NCBI GenBank assembly: GCA_965228895.1
Contig: OZ245842.1
Coordinates: 5,184,001 to 5,248,000 of the forward strand
Direction: 5' to 3'
Length of the DNA stretch: 64,000 nucleotides
Origin: Alphaproteobacteria bacterium
GTDB lineage: Bacteria; Pseudomonadota; Alphaproteobacteria; SP197
This document shows positions 28,818 to 37,854 of this stretch, one piece after another. Position numbers and translations under genes: made by a program. The notes under the pieces were generated by a model. That model had not been told where the DNA came from, did no database searches, and worked only from the letters and a program-made list of their open reading frames with translations. Position 1 is the stretch's first letter. Each line of letters opens with the position of its first letter.

Positions 28818-29781
28818 TCAGCGCTACGGTCCCGCCGCCGGCGGAGACCATCTGCAGCATGACTGGATGAAGCCATGCGGCGGCATCATCGCAATAGAGG
28901 ATAGGCTGTGATGTTGTCGTCAAATCGCCAGCCTCGAGCGCGATGTCATAGGTTGTGATAGCCCGCGGCGCCGAGACGTCCGCTGCCGTCTGCTCACAAT
29001 CAAACGCCTCCGGCGCCATGACATAGAGTACCGGTAAAACGTCGAAGGGCCGAAAACCGTCGGCCCAGAAGACGTATCGCCAAACGAGTAGCCAGGGTTC
29101 GCTTATCTCGGCGAGTTCGCGGGCAAAGCCACCTCGGTGTTCAAGCTGCGCCAGATCGTCTGTCGTCACAACGATCTCGGCGCTCGCGCTGAACGCGATG
29201 ACCGTCAGGGGAATGCCGCTGGCCAGCACGGTCCGAACGGCCTCGGGGTCTTTGCGCACATTCATGTCGTGCAGATGCATCAGGGGATTGTCACCGACGC
29301 CGAACACCTCGCCCGGCCGGCGCCCCATGACTGCGACAATCTGTGAGATCCCTTGCGCCGCTTGAGGATGGTTGCGGATGAGCGTCGCAATATTGGTCAA
29401 AGGACCAAGCGCAAGAACGGTCAGGGGTTGCTGCTCCAACGCCGTCACCATGGCATCGACTGCAGGACTGGATTCGCCGGAAGTGGCCTCCGCAGCGCCA
29501 CGATGGATGGCGAGGACGCCATCTGGCTGTGACAGGTCAAGCATGCGCAGGGCCGACTGATGGGTGCGGGCGATATCCGCGTTGCCAAACACCGTGCTGA
29601 TGCCGCGAACGTCGAGATCCCCGGACTTGAGCGCTAGACCGAGCGCCCAGCAGTCGTCGACATCTTGGAACCACTCCTTATCGCAGGCCGCATCGGTGTC
29701 GATCCATACCGGCAGATCAGCATGCGCGGATGTCGGCCACACAAGAGAAATGGCAACAACGGCGGCGCCCAGCCGTGTCAT
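28750..29781 (-). CDS. Nucleoside hydrolase (IU-NH) family protein with signal peptide
   Basis: WIDTD..DVDD, STVFGN, ALGPLTNIA, N..KDPEA; AHA signal cleavage site. Confidence 0.85.
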   Translation of the reverse strand: MTRLGAAVVAISLVWPTSAHADLPVWIDTDAACDKEWFQDVDDCWALGLALKSGDLDVRGISTVFGNADIARTHQSALRMLDLSQPDGVLAIHRGAAEATSGESSPAVDAMVTALEQQPLTVLALGPLTNIATLIRNHPQAAQGISQIVAVMGRRPGEVFGVGDNPLMHLHDMNVRKDPEAVRTVLASGIPLTVIAFSASAEIVVTTDDLAQLEHRGGFARELAEISEPWLLVWRYVFWADGFRPFDVLPVLYVMAPEAFDCEQTAADVSAPRAITTYDIALEAGDLTTTSQPILYCDDAAAWLHPVMLQMVSAGGGTVALIREGQSAVWDRSTGPVVEGARR

Positions 29782-30464
29782 GGTTCGGGCTCCGGCCGCT
29801 TGCCGATGACGCAGATTGCCGCGGGTGATAGCTCCTGCAGGGTCTCGATCTGAATGGCGATGAGACCCGCGCGACGCATGTCGTCGGCCATTGCATCGCC
29901 GGCCGCCCGCACCGCAGCGTCCGTCTGTTCGCCCATGCGCGGCTGGAAGGTGAGCAGGGTTTCTCCGCCAGGCGCCAGGCGCTTGCTAAGCGCCGTCAGT
30001 ACTTCGACCGGGTCGCGCCAGAACATGGCGACGTTAATGCCGAAGATTCGATCGAATGGACCGGTGAGTGCAGGGTCGCGCCATGCGACGTCATCGCCGA
30101 CCGTGCCGACAAAAAGGCGCAGTCTTCCGTTTGCAACCATGTGCCGGTTGCGCCTTGCGGCCATGGCGCGCATCGCCGGCGCGTGATCGATGCCGACCGC
30201 CGTGCCGCGATCCAAAAAACGGCAGGCTTCTTTCAGCGCAATTCCCGGTCCAAATCCGACCTCCAGAACCCGATGCTCCGGTTCCAGCCCCATCAGCTCG
30301 ACCGTCCAGATGTTGCGCCGGCGGTTCGACGAGCGCCGGGCCATGATCAATCCGGCGACCCTGCCCATGACGCCATGGGGTTGACGGAACTGGCCGATCA
30401 CGTATCGCTTGATCGCTCCGCGCGGGTTGGCGCGTTGCGGGTCCGGTTGGGCCACGTCAGTCAT
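29778..30464 (-). CDS. Class I SAM-dependent methyltransferase
   Basis: QFRQPHGVMG N-terminus, VLEVGFGPG, LAPGG. Confidence 0.85.
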   Translation of the reverse strand: MTDVAQPDPQRANPRGAIKRYVIGQFRQPHGVMGRVAGLIMARRSSNRRRNIWTVELMGLEPEHRVLEVGFGPGIALKEACRFLDRGTAVGIDHAPAMRAMAARRNRHMVANGRLRLFVGTVGDDVAWRDPALTGPFDRIFGINVAMFWRDPVEVLTALSKRLAPGGETLLTFQPRMGEQTDAAVRAAGDAMADDMRRAGLIAIQIETLQELSPAAICVIGKRPEPEP

Positions 30465-30699
30465 GGCGGCGGTGTCCCGCGCCAACGCGCACCAGGAAGC
30501 CGACAAGGCCCGCGAACATGACCATGCCCAGAGCCTGTTTCATGCGCAGATCCGGCGCGCCGAAAAGGTCGGGCGCGAACATGTTCCATGAAACGTGGGT
30601 CAGAACTGCCAGGCCGAGACCGATCGCGATGATCTTCGCCGTTGCTAGAGCGTATCGTTTGATCGGGCGGTTGCTGGTGATGTGATGGGTGTCGGTCAT
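30457..30699 (-). CDS. Small two-TM membrane protein
   Basis: 80 aa, two hydrophobic helices around SWNMFAPDLFG; coupled within the operon. Confidence 0.65.
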   Translation of the reverse strand: MTDTHHITSNRPIKRYALATAKIIAIGLGLAVLTHVSWNMFAPDLFGAPDLRMKQALGMVMFAGLVGFLVRVGAGHRRHD

Positions 30700-30706
30700 G
30701 GATCGG

Positions 30707-31189
30707 TCACTCCTCTTTGTGTGGTTGGGTGGCGCAGATGGCGCGCCATGCGGGACTGTCGAGGGCAGCGCCCAGGCTCCGTAGAACGGCGGTCGCCGAC
30801 GCCATCTGCTCTGGCGTCAGATCAAGGTCTAAACGCTTAAAGGCGCCTGCCTCGCGAGCGCGCATTGCGGCGAACGTCGTGCGGCCGTGTTCGGTGGGCG
30901 AGACCAGCACCGAACGTTTATGGGCGGGGTTCTCAAGCGTTTCCACGTAACCGCCTTCCAGGAGCTCGTTCACCAGAACCTGGATGTGTTGGCGGCTTAC
31001 CGGTCGGACCCGTGCCATCTGCGGCACGGTTTGGGGGCCACCTTCGATGACACTTTCCAGAACCGCGCGCATGCCTGCCGAGACGTCGCCGTCCCCGTGC
31101 AGGGTGCTGACGGCATGGCTGAGCTTGTGAAACAGCCGGCGCACCGCCAAGGCCAGGGGATACAAACCTTCGATTTGTTCTCTGTTCAT
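30707..31189 (-). CDS. MarR family transcriptional regulator
   Basis: GPQTVPQMAR..VSRQHIQ..VNEL and NPAHKRS winged-helix pattern. Confidence 0.88.
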   Translation of the reverse strand: MNREQIEGLYPLALAVRRLFHKLSHAVSTLHGDGDVSAGMRAVLESVIEGGPQTVPQMARVRPVSRQHIQVLVNELLEGGYVETLENPAHKRSVLVSPTEHGRTTFAAMRAREAGAFKRLDLDLTPEQMASATAVLRSLGAALDSPAWRAICATQPHKEE

Positions 31190-31218
31190 GCTGTTCCCGC
31201 TCGACCACGCAGCATATT

Positions 31219-31255
31219 TGACAATTAACATGTCGTTATGACAATGTTATTGTCA
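31219..31255. promoter_or_regulatory. Tandem palindromic operators, probably MarR autoregulation
   Basis: Perfect TGACAAT-GTT-ATTGTCA at 31239-31255 and degenerate TGACAAT-TAA-CATGTCG at 31219-31235, in an AT-rich stretch upstream of marR. Confidence 0.65.
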
Positions 31256-31268
31256 AGTGGTGTTTGAC

Positions 31269-31300
31269 AAAAAAGACCCTCGGCTTGCAACGCCGGGGCC
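31269..31300 (-). terminator. Rho-independent terminator of the PNPOx-like gene
   Basis: Minus strand GGCCCCGGC-loop-GCCGAGGGTC followed by T6, 25 bp after the stop. Confidence 0.6.
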
Positions 31301-31324
31301 CCGCAGTCTGTTGAGTACTGGGTC

Positions 31325-31978
31325 TTAGCCGAACGCGATCTTGGCCAGATGCTCCGGTTGCGCGACGCCTGCCTTCAGCCGCTCGTCGTCGATCGGCGGG
31401 TCGATCACCGTGCGCACCGGCACGACGCCCGCCCAGATATCGAGCGCGTAATCCTCCTCGTCATCGGACGGGCCACCGACACGGATCTTGGCCGAGGCTT
31501 CGTCGATCTCCATGGCGACCACCGTCGTCGCCTTGAGTTCCTGGTCCAACACGGGCCTTAAGGTCGGCCAGCGTCCGGGCGTGATGTGATCGACAAAGGC
31601 CTCCAGCGCGGCGAGCTTGGCGGCCTTGTCCTCCACGATGTGGGCATGGCCGAACAAGGTTGCCGAGCGATAGTTGATGCTGGAATGCATGCCGGACCGC
31701 GCCAACACCAAGCCGTCCAGATGGAAGATGTTGACGCAGACCGGAATGCCCGTCTTCACCGTGCGCAGCATGCGGCTTGCCGACGACCCGTGCCAATAAA
31801 GCTGATCACCTTCACGCCACATGCTGGTCGGCGTCAGGTAGGGCTCGTCGTCGATGATGTAGCCGACCGTGCCCATGATCGCGGCATCGATAACCGTATA
31901 GAGCGTGTCGCGATCATAGTGGCCGCGTTCGTGCAGGCGCTTGACCCGCGTCTTCTTGCTGGGGGTGAAGTCGTTCAT
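31325..31978 (-). CDS. Pyridoxamine 5'-phosphate oxidase-like flavin-binding protein (NimA-like)
   Basis: RGHYDR, YWHGSSASRM, DGLVLARS..HSSINYRS, WAGVVP. Confidence 0.9.
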   Translation of the reverse strand: MNDFTPSKKTRVKRLHERGHYDRDTLYTVIDAAIMGTVGYIIDDEPYLTPTSMWREGDQLYWHGSSASRMLRTVKTGIPVCVNIFHLDGLVLARSGMHSSINYRSATLFGHAHIVEDKAAKLAALEAFVDHITPGRWPTLRPVLDQELKATTVVAMEIDEASAKIRVGGPSDDEEDYALDIWAGVVPVRTVIDPPIDDERLKAGVAQPEHLAKIAFG

Positions 31979-31982
31979 GCGT

Positions 31983-32723
31983 TCATCCAGGTTTGCGGCC
32001 CGAGAAGATGGCGTGGCCGGCTTTGAGCCAATGTACGTCGACATCGACGAGCCCCGCGTCTTTCAGCCAGGTGAGTTGATCGACCAGCGTTGACGGCTGG
32101 TCGACCGGGTCCGGTTCGGGCACGCCATAGTGGTTCCACTCGTCCTCGCGGAAGAAGTCGAGCATCTTCTCGTTGCCGTCGAGCGCCAGGGAACGCTCCC
32201 GAACCCCGTCATCCCAATGGCGCGCCCACAGATCCTTGGTTTCCCCGGTGCACGGTTCGAGGAGGTCGCAGATGACAAAGACGCCGCCCGGCGCGAGTGC
32301 TGCGGCGATGTCCTTGGAGAGTTGCGCCTTGCCGGGACCGTCAAGGTGATGGATCGCCAGAGACGACACCACCGCGTGGAATGGCTGGTCGAACGTGCGC
32401 CATGCCGTATCGGCGATGTCGAACAGCTTGGTCGTATGCTGCCCGCCGTGCTTGGCGAGCTTGTCGGCGGTCGAAGCCAACATGGCTTCCGATCCGTCAT
32501 AGGCGTGGACCGTGGCATCCGGAAAGCGGGTCGCCAGAGCCTCGGCCAGCAGACCTTCGCCGCTGCACAGCTCCAGCATGTGCACCACACCGTTTGCCGG
32601 CGGGATCACACTGACGATGGTGTCAATCTGCACATCACGTTCCGGCACGAAGTAGGCGCCGTAGTCGATGAAGTGCTGGGAATCGTTTTCGGACCAGACG
32701 GTTCCGTCTTTTGTCTCGGCCAT
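31983..32723 (-). CDS. Class I SAM-dependent methyltransferase
   Basis: LELCSGEG, VVSSLAIHHL, LAPGG. Confidence 0.85.
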   Translation of the reverse strand: MAETKDGTVWSENDSQHFIDYGAYFVPERDVQIDTIVSVIPPANGVVHMLELCSGEGLLAEALATRFPDATVHAYDGSEAMLASTADKLAKHGGQHTTKLFDIADTAWRTFDQPFHAVVSSLAIHHLDGPGKAQLSKDIAAALAPGGVFVICDLLEPCTGETKDLWARHWDDGVRERSLALDGNEKMLDFFREDEWNHYGVPEPDPVDQPSTLVDQLTWLKDAGLVDVDVHWLKAGHAIFSGRKPG

Positions 32724-32927
32724 GGTCTTGTCTCCAATGCGTTCGTCTGTCGGTTTCGGATGTTTCCAGCCGACTGACGAGCCAACGCCCCGTCAAGCCA
32801 GCTGCGGGCAGATCGCCCAACGGGTTCGTCGTACGGCGTGGCGCCGTCGTCGCATCATAAGATGTCAGGTGGGTTCAGATCGTACTTCGCCAGGTCATGG
32901 TTACTCTCCGTTGAGGGTGGAACGGAG

Positions 32928-32966
32928 CCAATCATGCCGGCTATTGGTCCCGCCTCAAGGTCCATT
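32928..32966. promoter_or_regulatory. Putative MocR operator B
   Basis: ATTGGTC-N10-GTCCATT plus an extra CCAA half-site; matches the site at 35117-35165. Confidence 0.55.
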
Positions 32967-32988
32967 TGGGGCAAACTAAGGGATCCAA

Positions 32989-34386
32989 TTAGAGGTTGGG
33001 ATGGCGATGGTAGAGCGGATGGGCGGTTTCGAAGGCCTGCGCGGCTCTTAGCACCAGGGCGTCCTCGTAGCGCCGCCCGACGATCTGCAGGCCGATGGGC
33101 AGGCCGCCGGCGCTGAAGCCGCAGGGGACGGTGATCGCCGGCTGTTTGGTCGCGTTGAACGGGCCGACGAGGACCTCGTAGTTGTCGGTCTCCATGCCCC
33201 AATCCGGCGGATGGTCATGGCCGTTGGGGAAGGGCAGGACGGTGCAGGCGGGCGTCAGCAGGAGATCGAAACGGCGATGGAAGTCGATCATGACGCGCGC
33301 CATCTCGCCGCGCCGGCGGTCGGCGTCCAGCAGATCGCCGGCGGGAAGGTCGCGCCCCATCTCTGCTGACTCGAGCATCTCATGGCCCAGTCTTGCCCGC
33401 TGTTCTGCCGGCATGACATCGACGGACGCGGCGGCCAGACCGTGCCACAAAACGTCGAACCATGGTGTCGGGTCCTCAAACGGCGGATCCGCTTCCTCGA
33501 CGGTCGCGCCGAGGCTCTTGAAGATATCGATCGCCTGACGGCAGGCGGCGGCGATCTCCGGGTCGACCGGCGCAAAGCCCAGATTGCCGCTATAAGCGAT
33601 CTGAAGCCCGGCGACGCCGTCGTCGAGACCGGCGACATAGTCGCAGCCGTCATCGGGCAGCGCGTGCCAATCGGTGGGGTCATAACGCGCGATCAGGTTC
33701 ATGGTCATGGCGGTGTCGCGCACGGTGTGCGAGACCGGGCCGCTCGCCGAGAGCTGGCCGAAGTCGTTGCCGTGATCCTGGGGCACGCGGCCGAAGGTCG
33801 CTTTGATGCCGACCAGACTGCAGAAAGCCGCCGGCGTTCGGATCGAACCGCCGCCGTCGCTGCCGATCGAGATCGGGCCGCAGCCGGCGGCGACCGCCGC
33901 GACGCTGCCGCCGGACGATCCACCGGGCGTGCGCCCGGTATCCCAGGGATTGACGGTGAGCCCGGTCAGCGGGCTGTTGGTGATGCCGGAATTGCCGAAC
34001 TCCGGCGTTGTCGTTTTGCCGATCAGCACCACGCCGCCTTCCCGGAGTCTGGCGACCAGCGGGGCGTCGCGGTCCCATGGACCGGCGGGATCGACCGCCA
34101 AGCTGCCGCACAGCGTCGGCCAGCCCCTGGTCTCGATCAGATCCTTGATGGAGATCGGCACGCCGTCGAGCGGCGACAGCGGCGATCCGGCCGCCCATCG
34201 TTCCTCGGACGCCTTGGCGGCGGCGAGCGCGGCGTCGTCATCGCGCAGACAGAACGCGTTGAGGATCGGGTCGACCTGATCGATCCGGTCCAGTACCGCT
34301 TGTGTCACCTCAACCGGCGACAGTGTTTGCGCGCCATAACCTGCAGCCAGATCAGATGCGCTTTGCCAGATGATGTCGTCGCTCAT
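32989..34386 (-). CDS. Amidase (amidase signature family)
   Basis: GVPISIKD, GKTTTPEFG, PGGSSGGS, GSDGGGSIRTPA. Confidence 0.93.
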   Translation of the reverse strand: MSDDIIWQSASDLAAGYGAQTLSPVEVTQAVLDRIDQVDPILNAFCLRDDDAALAAAKASEERWAAGSPLSPLDGVPISIKDLIETRGWPTLCGSLAVDPAGPWDRDAPLVARLREGGVVLIGKTTTPEFGNSGITNSPLTGLTVNPWDTGRTPGGSSGGSVAAVAAGCGPISIGSDGGGSIRTPAAFCSLVGIKATFGRVPQDHGNDFGQLSASGPVSHTVRDTAMTMNLIARYDPTDWHALPDDGCDYVAGLDDGVAGLQIAYSGNLGFAPVDPEIAAACRQAIDIFKSLGATVEEADPPFEDPTPWFDVLWHGLAAASVDVMPAEQRARLGHEMLESAEMGRDLPAGDLLDADRRRGEMARVMIDFHRRFDLLLTPACTVLPFPNGHDHPPDWGMETDNYEVLVGPFNATKQPAITVPCGFSAGGLPIGLQIVGRRYEDALVLRAAQAFETAHPLYHRHPNL

Positions 34387-35096
34387 ACCCGAAGAGACTG
34401 TGTCATCGCTCCCAGCGATTGTTTCTGGTTGCCCGCGTCATCGAAGTTCGCGCGGTCAAGCCAGGATTCGAAACAATCGCCCACGGCCGGCCACTCCTCG
34501 GCGAGTAACGAAAACCACGCGCTGTCGCGGTTGTGACCATCGACGATCATGTGGCGGAAGAATACGCCTTCGAACGCAAAGCCCAAACGCAAAGCGGCCG
34601 ACCGCGACTTTTTGTTGAGCGCGTTGCACTTCCACTCAAGGCGGCGATAACCCAGATCGTCAAACGCCTGGCGCATGACCAGATAGAGCGCCTCCGTTGC
34701 CGCCGGCGTGCGCTGGAGGAAGGGGGCGAACCAGATATGGCCGATCTCGATCGAGGCGTTGGCCGGCACGATGTTGAGGTAGCTCAAAACGCCGGCCAGC
34801 CGGTCGGGGTTCAACGTGCGCACCGCATAGAAGATCGGATCGAACGAGGTGGCCGCCTGGGTCAGCCAGCGGCCATAATCCGCGCTGTCGGCGAACGGGC
34901 CATAGGGCAGATAGTGCCAGATTTCATCGGCGCCGTCCCCCTCATGCCCGGCCCGATAGAGCCCATCGGCATGATCGCGCGGATTGATCGGCTCAAGGCG
35001 CACCAGCGTGCCCTCGATCGGTGCGCGCGCGGGGATCAGGCATACCTGGTCCGCCACCGCATCGCCGTGTTCCCGGCGGGGTGGAAGTTTTGTCAT
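34383..35096 (-). CDS. GNAT N-acetyltransferase (RimJ/RimL-like)
   Basis: IEIGHIW, LQRTPAATEA, GYRRLEWKCNALN, GHNRDSAWFS. Confidence 0.9.
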   Translation of the reverse strand: MTKLPPRREHGDAVADQVCLIPARAPIEGTLVRLEPINPRDHADGLYRAGHEGDGADEIWHYLPYGPFADSADYGRWLTQAATSFDPIFYAVRTLNPDRLAGVLSYLNIVPANASIEIGHIWFAPFLQRTPAATEALYLVMRQAFDDLGYRRLEWKCNALNKKSRSAALRLGFAFEGVFFRHMIVDGHNRDSAWFSLLAEEWPAVGDCFESWLDRANFDDAGNQKQSLGAMTQSLRV

Positions 35097-35116
35097 GGGT
35101 CGAAGACTGCTCCGAA

Positions 35117-35165
35117 ATTGGACTTGTCTCAAGGGCCAATAGGCCTAACTAATGGGTGCCAATAG
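35117..35165. promoter_or_regulatory. Putative MocR operator A in the divergent promoter
   Basis: ATTGGAC-N10-GGCCAAT inverted repeat plus ATGG and a second CCAATAG, between the GNAT and mocR starts. Confidence 0.6.
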
Positions 35166-35177
35166 AGGTCACCTCCC

Positions 35178-36662
35178 ATGGCCAAGACCGCATCCGACAA
35201 CCCCGTCCTGCCGCTTGCCTTCGACAGGTCGTTGCCGGAACCGCTGCACCGCCAGCTTTATGACCAGCTCTGCGCGCTGATCCTGGCCGGCCGCTTGCCG
35301 CCCGGCATTCGCCTGCCGTCGTCGCGCACGTTGGCGGCCGATCACGGGGTGTCTCGCAATACCGTCGTCAGCGCCTACGACCAACTGCTGGCCGAAGGCT
35401 ATGTCTCGGGCACGGTTGGTTCGGGAACCTATGTCTCGACCGTCCTGCCCGATGATCTCTTATCGGCGCGCGCAGCGGAGCCCGCCGGTCATGACGTCAC
35501 GACCGGCGAACCGTCGGCGCGGGGCCGCCGCCTTCAGGCCATGGCGCCATTGCGCAATCGGCGGCACCAGGCTTTTCTGGCCGGGGTCCCCGACCTCGAA
35601 CATTTCCCGTTCGATCAGTGGGCGCGTCTCTTGAACCTGGCCTGGCGCCGGCCCGACAGGGCGCTTCTGGTCGGCAACGATCCCGGTGGCTATGCGCCGC
35701 TGCGCCGCGCCATCGCCGGCTATCTGTGGACGGTGCGCGCCGTGCGCTGCGCGCCCGAGCAGGTCGTCATCGTCGCCGGTGCGCAACAGGGCATTGGCTT
35801 GGCGGCGAACGTGTTGCTTGACCACGGTGACGCCGTCTGGATCGAAGACCCCAGTTACTCGGGCGTACGCAGCGCCCTGGCCGGTGCCGGCGTCAAGACT
35901 GTCGCGGTTCAAATCGACGATCAGGGCATCGACGTTACCGAAGGCGAAAAGCGCTCGCCCGGCGCGCGGTTGGTCTGTGTCACGCCGTCGCATCACTTTC
36001 CTTTGGGTGTCACCATGAGTCTTGGCCGCCGACTGGAACTGCTCGACTGGGCCGAGCGCAACGACGCATGGGTGCTGGAGGACGACTATGACAGCGAGTT
36101 CCGTTACGCCGGCCGGCCGTTGGCCTCGCTGCAGGGGCTCGACCGGTCCGGCCGGGTTATCTATGCCGGCAGTTTTTCCAAGGTGATGTTTCCGTCGCTC
36201 CGTCTTGGTTATCTCGTCGTCCCGACCGGACTGGTCGACGTCTTCCGCCGGGTACGCTCGGCGCTCGACGATCATCCGCCGTCGATCGCGCAGCCGGCGC
36301 TGGCGCGTTTTATCGAGGACGGTCACTTCGCATCTCACATCCGTCGTATGCGTCGCCTCTATGGTGCCCGGCAGGAGGCACTGCTTGACGCTGCCGCCCG
36401 GCATTGGAAGGGGTTGTTGGACGTTCAGTCCGACGACGCCGGCATGCATCTGGTGGCCTGGCTCAGCGAAGAGGTTCGCAAGCGCATGAGCGACCGCGAG
36501 GCGTCCGCCCTGGCCTTTGACCACAACGTGACGACCCAACCGCTTTCCGGGTTCGCGTCGCGCACGGATCTGCGTCAAGGACTGGCGCTGGGCTATGCCG
36601 CGATCCCCGAAGAGGAGATCGAAGCCGGCGCGCTGCGGCTGGCCGAGGCGCTGAGTCCTTAG
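35178..36662 (+). CDS. MocR/GabR family regulator (GntR HTH plus PLP aminotransferase domain)
   Basis: LPSSRTLA..VSRNTV..AYDQL..EGY, EDDYDSEFRY, GSFSK..PSLRLGY. Confidence 0.95.
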   Translation: MAKTASDNPVLPLAFDRSLPEPLHRQLYDQLCALILAGRLPPGIRLPSSRTLAADHGVSRNTVVSAYDQLLAEGYVSGTVGSGTYVSTVLPDDLLSARAAEPAGHDVTTGEPSARGRRLQAMAPLRNRRHQAFLAGVPDLEHFPFDQWARLLNLAWRRPDRALLVGNDPGGYAPLRRAIAGYLWTVRAVRCAPEQVVIVAGAQQGIGLAANVLLDHGDAVWIEDPSYSGVRSALAGAGVKTVAVQIDDQGIDVTEGEKRSPGARLVCVTPSHHFPLGVTMSLGRRLELLDWAERNDAWVLEDDYDSEFRYAGRPLASLQGLDRSGRVIYAGSFSKVMFPSLRLGYLVVPTGLVDVFRRVRSALDDHPPSIAQPALARFIEDGHFASHIRRMRRLYGARQEALLDAAARHWKGLLDVQSDDAGMHLVAWLSEEVRKRMSDREASALAFDHNVTTQPLSGFASRTDLRQGLALGYAAIPEEEIEAGALRLAEALSP

Positions 36663-36681
36663 GCCTGATAAACGTCGAAAC

Positions 36682-37704
36682 TCAACTCATGTAAGCCTCG
36701 GCGTGGATACCAACCCCGTCGGCCGCCTTGACGATGCCGTTCCAGACGCCGTCGACAACCGGCACGCCGGTTTTCTTACGTTCCGCCCGTAAACGGCGCT
36801 CCGGTTCGCCGGGGATCATGACCGCGTCGACACCGGATACCGCCGGTACTGCCTTGACCTTGGCCAGCACGTCTTCGGCATCGCGCTCGTAACCGCCGCC
36901 CGGCCGGACATGGGTGATGTCGATACCGATTATCAGCCAGTTGTATTCCAAGGGGTTTGATAGAAGCGCGTAGCCGACGAGCTCAGCGATCAGCGCCATG
37001 CCGTAACCCTTCGGCCCCGCCGCGGGCAGGATGGCGCCGCCGGCATAGAAGTCCTCGACGTCGGATGTCGGCAGGCCGTCGCGGTCGACAATGTGACCGG
37101 GCGGAACCGCATCGCCCTTGGCCCGCGCGACCGCCAGCTTGCCTTGCGCGGTGGCCGATGTCGCGAAGTCGACGACGACATTGCCGTGTTTGCCGCCCGG
37201 CATGGCAAAGGCGTAGGGATTGGTGCCGAGCAAGCCGCGGGCACCGCCGAAGGGCGTTACGATTGGCCATTCCTGATGACCGCCGCCGCCCAGGATCATC
37301 GCCATCATGTTGTGATCGGCGAGCGCGTCGGCATAGGCGCCGATGCGTCCGGTGTGGCCGCAGTTGGTGACGGCAGCGACAGCAATGCCCGACCCGCCAA
37401 CCGCCGCGACGAGTTGGTCGACGGCCAGTTCCATGGCGGCGATGCCGAAGCCGCCGGCGCCGTTGACCCGCAGCACGTTGCCTTCCTGGCCATGCAGGAC
37501 TGGCTCGGCATTGGCGTCGATAAAGCCCGATGCCATCAAGTCCAGGTAATAGGGGATACGGTTGACGCCGTGGGACTCGACGCCGCGCATGTTGCACTCG
37601 ACCAGATGGCTGGCGACGGAGGCCGCAATTGCCTGGCTGGCGCCTGCGGCACGCAGCGTATCTTCGGTCAGCTGTCGCAGACGATCGGCGGCAACAACGG
37701 GCAT
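36682..37704 (-). CDS. Ldh_2 family (malate/L-lactate/ureidoglycolate-type) oxidoreductase
   Basis: GVESHG, HTGRIG, LGTNP, DFATS, GPKGYG, IPGEPE. Confidence 0.9.
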   Translation of the reverse strand: MPVVAADRLRQLTEDTLRAAGASQAIAASVASHLVECNMRGVESHGVNRIPYYLDLMASGFIDANAEPVLHGQEGNVLRVNGAGGFGIAAMELAVDQLVAAVGGSGIAVAAVTNCGHTGRIGAYADALADHNMMAMILGGGGHQEWPIVTPFGGARGLLGTNPYAFAMPGGKHGNVVVDFATSATAQGKLAVARAKGDAVPPGHIVDRDGLPTSDVEDFYAGGAILPAAGPKGYGMALIAELVGYALLSNPLEYNWLIIGIDITHVRPGGGYERDAEDVLAKVKAVPAVSGVDAVMIPGEPERRLRAERKKTGVPVVDGVWNGIVKAADGVGIHAEAYMS

Positions 37705-37854
37705 GGCGAAAACCTTCTTGGTACGGGTGGCGCTGCGAGAACGATGATGCCTTGGGACCGACGCGCGTGCTACCGATCGATGATGACGGCACAACACATT
37801 GGCCGCAGCGACGCGGACCGCTAGAGTCCGGGCGTGTGTGACGGGAGAACCACC

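Noticed and set aside
30401-30665. Near-repeat CGTATCG(C/T)TTGATCG in two adjacent genes
   Set aside because: A single short match encoding IKRY in both; no array or evidence of function.
37740-37854. Possible guanidine riboswitch upstream of the ureohydrolase
   Set aside because: Only short hairpins; no twin ACGR-loop stems or ykkC-I/III consensus recognised.
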